IMG/VR virus record: IMGVR_UViG_3300042564_004671
Reading direction: 5' to 3' (one strand)
DNA length: 20,000 nucleotides
From: an uncultured virus (IMG/VR IMGVR_UViG_3300042564_004671)
Taxonomy: Duplodnaviria > Heunggongvirae > Uroviricota > Caudoviricetes
Numbering within the stretch: the first letter of the stretch is position 1; each line of letters begins with the position of its first letter. This document shows positions 16,772 through 20,000 of this stretch, piece by piece. The notes beneath the pieces were generated by a model. It was not told the DNA's origin. It was given only the letters and a program-made list of their open reading frames with translations, and searched no databases. The position numbers and the translations under genes were made by a program.

Positions 16772-16780
16772 TATATATTA
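16772..16780 (-). promoter_or_regulatory. TAATATATA putative late promoter
   Basis: Exact motif 19 nt upstream of ATG 16752, just downstream of a terminator. Confidence 0.65.
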
Positions 16781-16803
16781 AAAATCGAAGTCCAACTATT
16801 AAC

Positions 16804-16836
16804 AAAAAAGTCTGATAATTACTTATCAGACTTTTT
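16804..16836. terminator. intrinsic terminator (symmetric)
   Basis: AAAAAGTCTGATAA-ttac-TTATCAGACTTTTT; gives a U-tract on the minus strand after the 16819..16920 stop. Confidence 0.85.
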
Positions 16837-16920
16837 AGAGAATATCTTTTCAATTGATTTCTTTCTTCTATTTTTTCTTTGAATAGAATTTGAAATGTAG
16901 GGATAGTGTGGTAACGGCAT
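16819..16920 (-). CDS. microprotein, 33 aa (not in ORF track)
   Basis: MPLPHYPYISNSIQRKNRRKKSIEKIFSKKSDK; ATG 2 nt after the upstream stop, with its own stop at the terminator loop. Confidence 0.55.
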   Translation of the reverse strand: MPLPHYPYISNSIQRKNRRKKSIEKIFSKKSDK

Positions 16921-16922
16921 AA

Positions 16923-17324
16923 TTAATTAAATAAAAATTCTAATTTAATCAAATCCTTAACTTTAGCAGTTTGTAAATTTAAGTCATCAAAGTTTATCTT
17001 ATCATAAGGAACTTCATTTTCAATTTCCATTAAATCTGACATCTCTCTTGAAAAATCATCCATATTTGTTATATTAACAGAACCAGGAATAATATTTCCT
17101 TGTTCATCTTTAGGTTGAACAATTGTTCCATTTTCATCTTTTTCTGAAAACTTTTCTAATATTCTTCTTTCCATTTTAACTTTATCATCAACTATAGAAG
17201 AAACTTCTTTGATAATTCTAGTTAATCTAAAAGCAACTGAAGCATTGATATCTAAATCAATAAGTTTGTTAAGAGCCTCTATGGTTTCACTACTAAGTTG
17301 TGAGTTTTTAATTCTAATTGGCAT
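16923..17324 (-). CDS. DUF1617-like phage protein (possible tail assembly chaperone)
   Basis: ALNKL...VAFRLTRIIKEV...EKFSEKDENG...F..EMSDL pattern; located next to tail genes. Confidence 0.5.
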   Translation of the reverse strand: MPIRIKNSQLSSETIEALNKLIDLDINASVAFRLTRIIKEVSSIVDDKVKMERRILEKFSEKDENGTIVQPKDEQGNIIPGSVNITNMDDFSREMSDLMEIENEVPYDKINFDDLNLQTAKVKDLIKLEFLFN

Positions 17325-17344
17325 AATTATGTTTAATATTTATT

Positions 17345-18076
17345 TTATATATCATCAATATTCAACTTTGTTGATAATTTTTCTATTCTATTTTTGATAA
17401 TATCAATATATTTTTCTTCTCTTTCAATTAAAATATATTTTCTATTAAGTAATATAGAAGCATGTCCTGTTGTTCCTGTTCCAGCAAAAGTATCTAAAAC
17501 AACATCACCTTCATTTGAATGTTTTTTTATTAAATCAGATATTAGTAAAATTGGTTTCTGAGTAGGATGTTCATATCTTTCTTTTCCGTGACAGATAGGG
17601 TATTTATAAATACCATTATCATACTCCGAATTAAATGTTGGACTCTTTACTTTAACAAAAGTAAAAAAGTATTCTACAGCATTTGAAAGATAATTAATCT
17701 TTGAGTTAATAGGAACTGGATTTGTTTTTACCCAACTACAAACTCTTGGTTGTTTGAATTTATATTTATCAGCAATTTGTTTAATTGTATTTGACTTCCA
17801 GATATCATAAAAGAAAATTAAAGTTCCACCATCTTTTAAAACTCGATGATATTCTTTAAATAATAAATCCCAATCTATTTCTTCTTTATCCCAATCACCA
17901 AAGTCAATTGATATACCACCATATTTAGTAATAATATCTTTTGATGCTGATTTAGAATACTTTTTGAAATTTGAACTTTTTGAAATTTGATAAGGTGGGT
18001 CAACAAGTATTAGATCAATTGATTTATTATCAATTTTCTTCATTAGTTCAAAACAATCACCTTCTAAAATCATCAC
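17345..18076 (-). CDS. DNA N6-adenine/N4-cytosine methyltransferase, beta class
   Basis: Motif IV DPPY precedes HPTQKP and motif I VLDTFAGTGTTG; start is GTG 18076 or ATG 18073. Confidence 0.92.
   Translation of the reverse strand: MMILEGDCFELMKKIDNKSIDLILVDPPYQISKSSNFKKYSKSASKDIITKYGGISIDFGDWDKEEIDWDLLFKEYHRVLKDGGTLIFFYDIWKSNTIKQIADKYKFKQPRVCSWVKTNPVPINSKINYLSNAVEYFFTFVKVKSPTFNSEYDNGIYKYPICHGKERYEHPTQKPILLISDLIKKHSNEGDVVLDTFAGTGTTGHASILLNRKYILIEREEKYIDIIKNRIEKLSTKLNIDDI
17346..17354 (-). promoter_or_regulatory. late promoter variant TGATATATA
   Basis: One mismatch, within the end of the MTase gene, 21 nt before ATG 17324. Confidence 0.4.
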
Positions 18077-18078
18077 AA

Positions 18079-18087
18079 TATATATTA
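18079..18087 (-). promoter_or_regulatory. TAATATATA putative late promoter
   Basis: Exact motif 5 nt before ATG 18073. Confidence 0.6.
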
Positions 18088-18109
18088 AGGCGTTACAAGC
18101 CCCATAAAA

Positions 18110-18118
18110 TAATATATA
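18110..18118 (+). promoter_or_regulatory. TAATATATA putative late promoter
   Basis: Exact motif 21 nt before ATG 18140. Confidence 0.65.
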
Positions 18119-18139
18119 GATAAAAGATTATATTTAAAA

Positions 18140-18910
18140 ATGAACTTAATCAATTTATTTAAGAACCTTTTAAGAACTCAAAAGAAATTGGATATTGATA
18201 AACTACCATCACTAGGTCTCTTTTATAAAGATGACTTTAAGATTCATATTAAAAAAGTTGATGTTCAAGATATTATTGAATATGAACATAACTATAATAG
18301 TGATGACTTAGGATCTGTGATTAATAAACTCAAATCTATAGTAGAGAAAAATACTATTTTTTCTAAAGGATATAATTTTAAAGATATTAAAAGTATAGAT
18401 GTTGTTTTTATATTCTTAGAAATCGTAAGATTATCAAAAGGAAAAGCTATAAAACTCAATTATATAGATGATGAATATGGAACTGAAGAAGATGTTGAAT
18501 TTAATTCTATTTACTTTAATTATTTTGAGTTAAGTGAAGATTTGAAAAAACTATATGATAAAGAGAATAGACAATTTATAATAAATGATTACAAGTATAC
18601 CTTACCATCAATTGGTATAGAGAATTGTCTAACCAATTATTTAATATCTAAGTCAGATGATCCAAATGCTGTAAGATTTAATAAGTATAACTACGATTTT
18701 ACTTTCTTTTTAGGTGATAAAAAATCTATAAGTTTTAAAGAAATTGATAACCTAATACAGATTTTTAACTTTGATATGGAAGATAGTGAGATAAAAAAAG
18801 TTAGAAATATTACAAAAATGTTTCAACCTATACAAAGATATTCACTCATAAAAGATAATAAAATAATTGAAATCAATTCAAGAATTGATTTAGAAAAAAT
18901 ATGGAAGTAA
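18140..18910 (+). CDS. T4 gp26-like baseplate hub assembly protein
   Basis: LPSLGLFY..F.I.IK N-terminal motif, D-x-x-F-I-F-L-x-I, and LPSIG; length typical of the family. Confidence 0.55.
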   Translation: MNLINLFKNLLRTQKKLDIDKLPSLGLFYKDDFKIHIKKVDVQDIIEYEHNYNSDDLGSVINKLKSIVEKNTIFSKGYNFKDIKSIDVVFIFLEIVRLSKGKAIKLNYIDDEYGTEEDVEFNSIYFNYFELSEDLKKLYDKENRQFIINDYKYTLPSIGIENCLTNYLISKSDDPNAVRFNKYNYDFTFFLGDKKSISFKEIDNLIQIFNFDMEDSEIKKVRNITKMFQPIQRYSLIKDNKIIEINSRIDLEKIWK

Positions 18911-18912
18911 TT

Positions 18913-18921
18913 TAATATATA
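18913..18921 (+). promoter_or_regulatory. TAATATATA putative late promoter
   Basis: Exact motif 4 nt before ATG 18926. Confidence 0.65.
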
Positions 18922-18925
18922 GTCT

Positions 18926-19762
18926 ATGAAAATACTTAACTGGAAATTATTCTTAGAAGAATTAGTTGGTGAAAAACCAATAGCTGACTTTGATGACTAT
19001 ATCGAAGGAATGAAAATGTCTATGGAGGATAAATTATTTTTTGTAAACAAATTAGACTTTGATGTTATAGTTGATTTTGGATGTGCTAACGGAACGTTTC
19101 TTTCACTTGTTCAAAATATGAAACCTAATGTTAAGCTAATTGGATATGATTTAGACGATACAATGCTTTCAAAAGCAGAATCTATATTAGGAGAAGAATC
19201 ATTACTAACAAGTAGTTGGGAACAAGTGGTTTTAGAATTATCTAAATATGAAAAACCTTTACTTAATTTAAGTTCTGTTATACACGAAGTTTATTCTTAT
19301 TCACATTCAAGTGTTATTAAAAAATTCTGGGAACAACAAGTATTTGGAGGAAAATTCAAATGGATAACTATTAGAGATATGATACCTTCAGTTGAAATAC
19401 ACAAAAGTGAATTAAAATCATTTGAAGAAGATGTTAAAAAAATTAGAGAGTTGGCTGACCCTTACTACTTAAAATCATTTGAAGATAAGTGGAGTCCAAT
19501 CGATAATAATTATAGAACTCTTGTTCATTTCTTATTAAAGTATAGATATACTGACAATTGGGATAGAGAATTAAATGAAAACTACTTACCCGTATCATTA
19601 GAAACTGTTAAAAAGAAAATACCTTCTTCTTATAAAATAGTATTTGAAGAAGACTTTATAGTTCCTTTTATCAAGGATAAAGTTATGGAAGACTTTGGAA
19701 TTACTATTAAACACTCTACTCATACTAAAATGATAATAAAAAATGATAGTTTTAAAAGATGA
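18926..19762 (+). CDS. class I SAM-dependent methyltransferase with capsid-targeting-like leader
   Basis: IVDFGCANG (motif I), LIGYDLD (motif II), LSSVIHEVYSY, ITIRD; starts MKILNWKLFLEE. Confidence 0.8.
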   Translation: MKILNWKLFLEELVGEKPIADFDDYIEGMKMSMEDKLFFVNKLDFDVIVDFGCANGTFLSLVQNMKPNVKLIGYDLDDTMLSKAESILGEESLLTSSWEQVVLELSKYEKPLLNLSSVIHEVYSYSHSSVIKKFWEQQVFGGKFKWITIRDMIPSVEIHKSELKSFEEDVKKIRELADPYYLKSFEDKWSPIDNNYRTLVHFLLKYRYTDNWDRELNENYLPVSLETVKKKIPSSYKIVFEEDFIVPFIKDKVMEDFGITIKHSTHTKMIIKNDSFKR

Positions 19763-20000
19763 AATTAAAAAAGTATAATGACTTTATTAAAGAATCTTTT
19801 GGAACGTCAGCGGAGTATAATAATTTCTTAAAATCAAAATCTATAGACTTAGATTTATTTGATGATAGTTTATTTGATGTTAAACAATTTGCTAAAGTTA
19901 ATACTTATAGATATTTAATTGATTCAAAAGGAAATACTATTAATACGGAAGTTGATGATAACGAAAAGTATAAAATACTTTACACTTGTCAAATTCAATA
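19759..20000 (+). CDS. hypothetical protein, 3' end outside window, with capsid-targeting-like leader
   Basis: ATGA overlap with the upstream stop; MKLKKYNDFIKESFGTSAEY...; open to the window end. Confidence 0.7.
   Translation, partial: MKLKKYNDFIKESFGTSAEYNNFLKSKSIDLDLFDDSLFDVKQFAKVNTYRYLIDSKGNTINTEVDDNEKYKILYTCQIQ

Noticed and set aside
16691..17397. ORFs 16691..16882 (+) and 17209..17397 (+)
   Set aside because: Antisense to better-supported minus-strand genes; the first also crosses a terminator.
17345..19762. Two methyltransferases as a restriction-modification system
   Set aside because: No endonuclease is recognisable nearby, and the second MTase lacks DNA-MTase catalytic motifs.
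1..20000. Stop-codon reassignment as in some large phages
   Set aside because: Code 11 gives near-complete coding density; TAG and TGA both end genes at sensible boundaries (e.g. 2482, 3224, 7815, 19762).

Overview
Very AT-rich, gene-dense window (standard genetic code) that looks like part of a large T4-like (Caudoviricetes, probably jumbo) phage. The host is probably Bacteroidota: there is a TTTG-N19-TATATTTG promoter, A-rich translation starts without Shine-Dalgarno sites, and a Bacteroidota-type Hc1 gene. Recognisable genes are the 3' end of a UvsX/RecA recombinase, an Hc1/histone-H1-like protein missed by the ORF track, DUF6011, a RuvC-like nuclease, an ankyrin protein, a HigA-N/MazG fusion, a ferritin/Dps-like protein, a tail fibre, two paralogous virion proteins, a DNA amino-methyltransferase, a gp26-like baseplate protein and a SAM methyltransferase. 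Three recurring signals organise the window. (1) A TAATATATA putative late promoter precedes about 13 genes. (2) An N-terminal MK..[FY]..F..E leader resembling the T4 capsid-targeting sequence starts about 11 unrelated proteins. (3) A basic R-x-x-K-I-x-x-[IL]-[FL] peptide occurs in 7 other proteins, three of them unannotated microproteins. The strongest lead is an 85-aa protein that resembles the C-terminal segment of a gp23-like major capsid protein with peptide (3) inserted. All family assignments come from motif recognition by eye; no searches were run.
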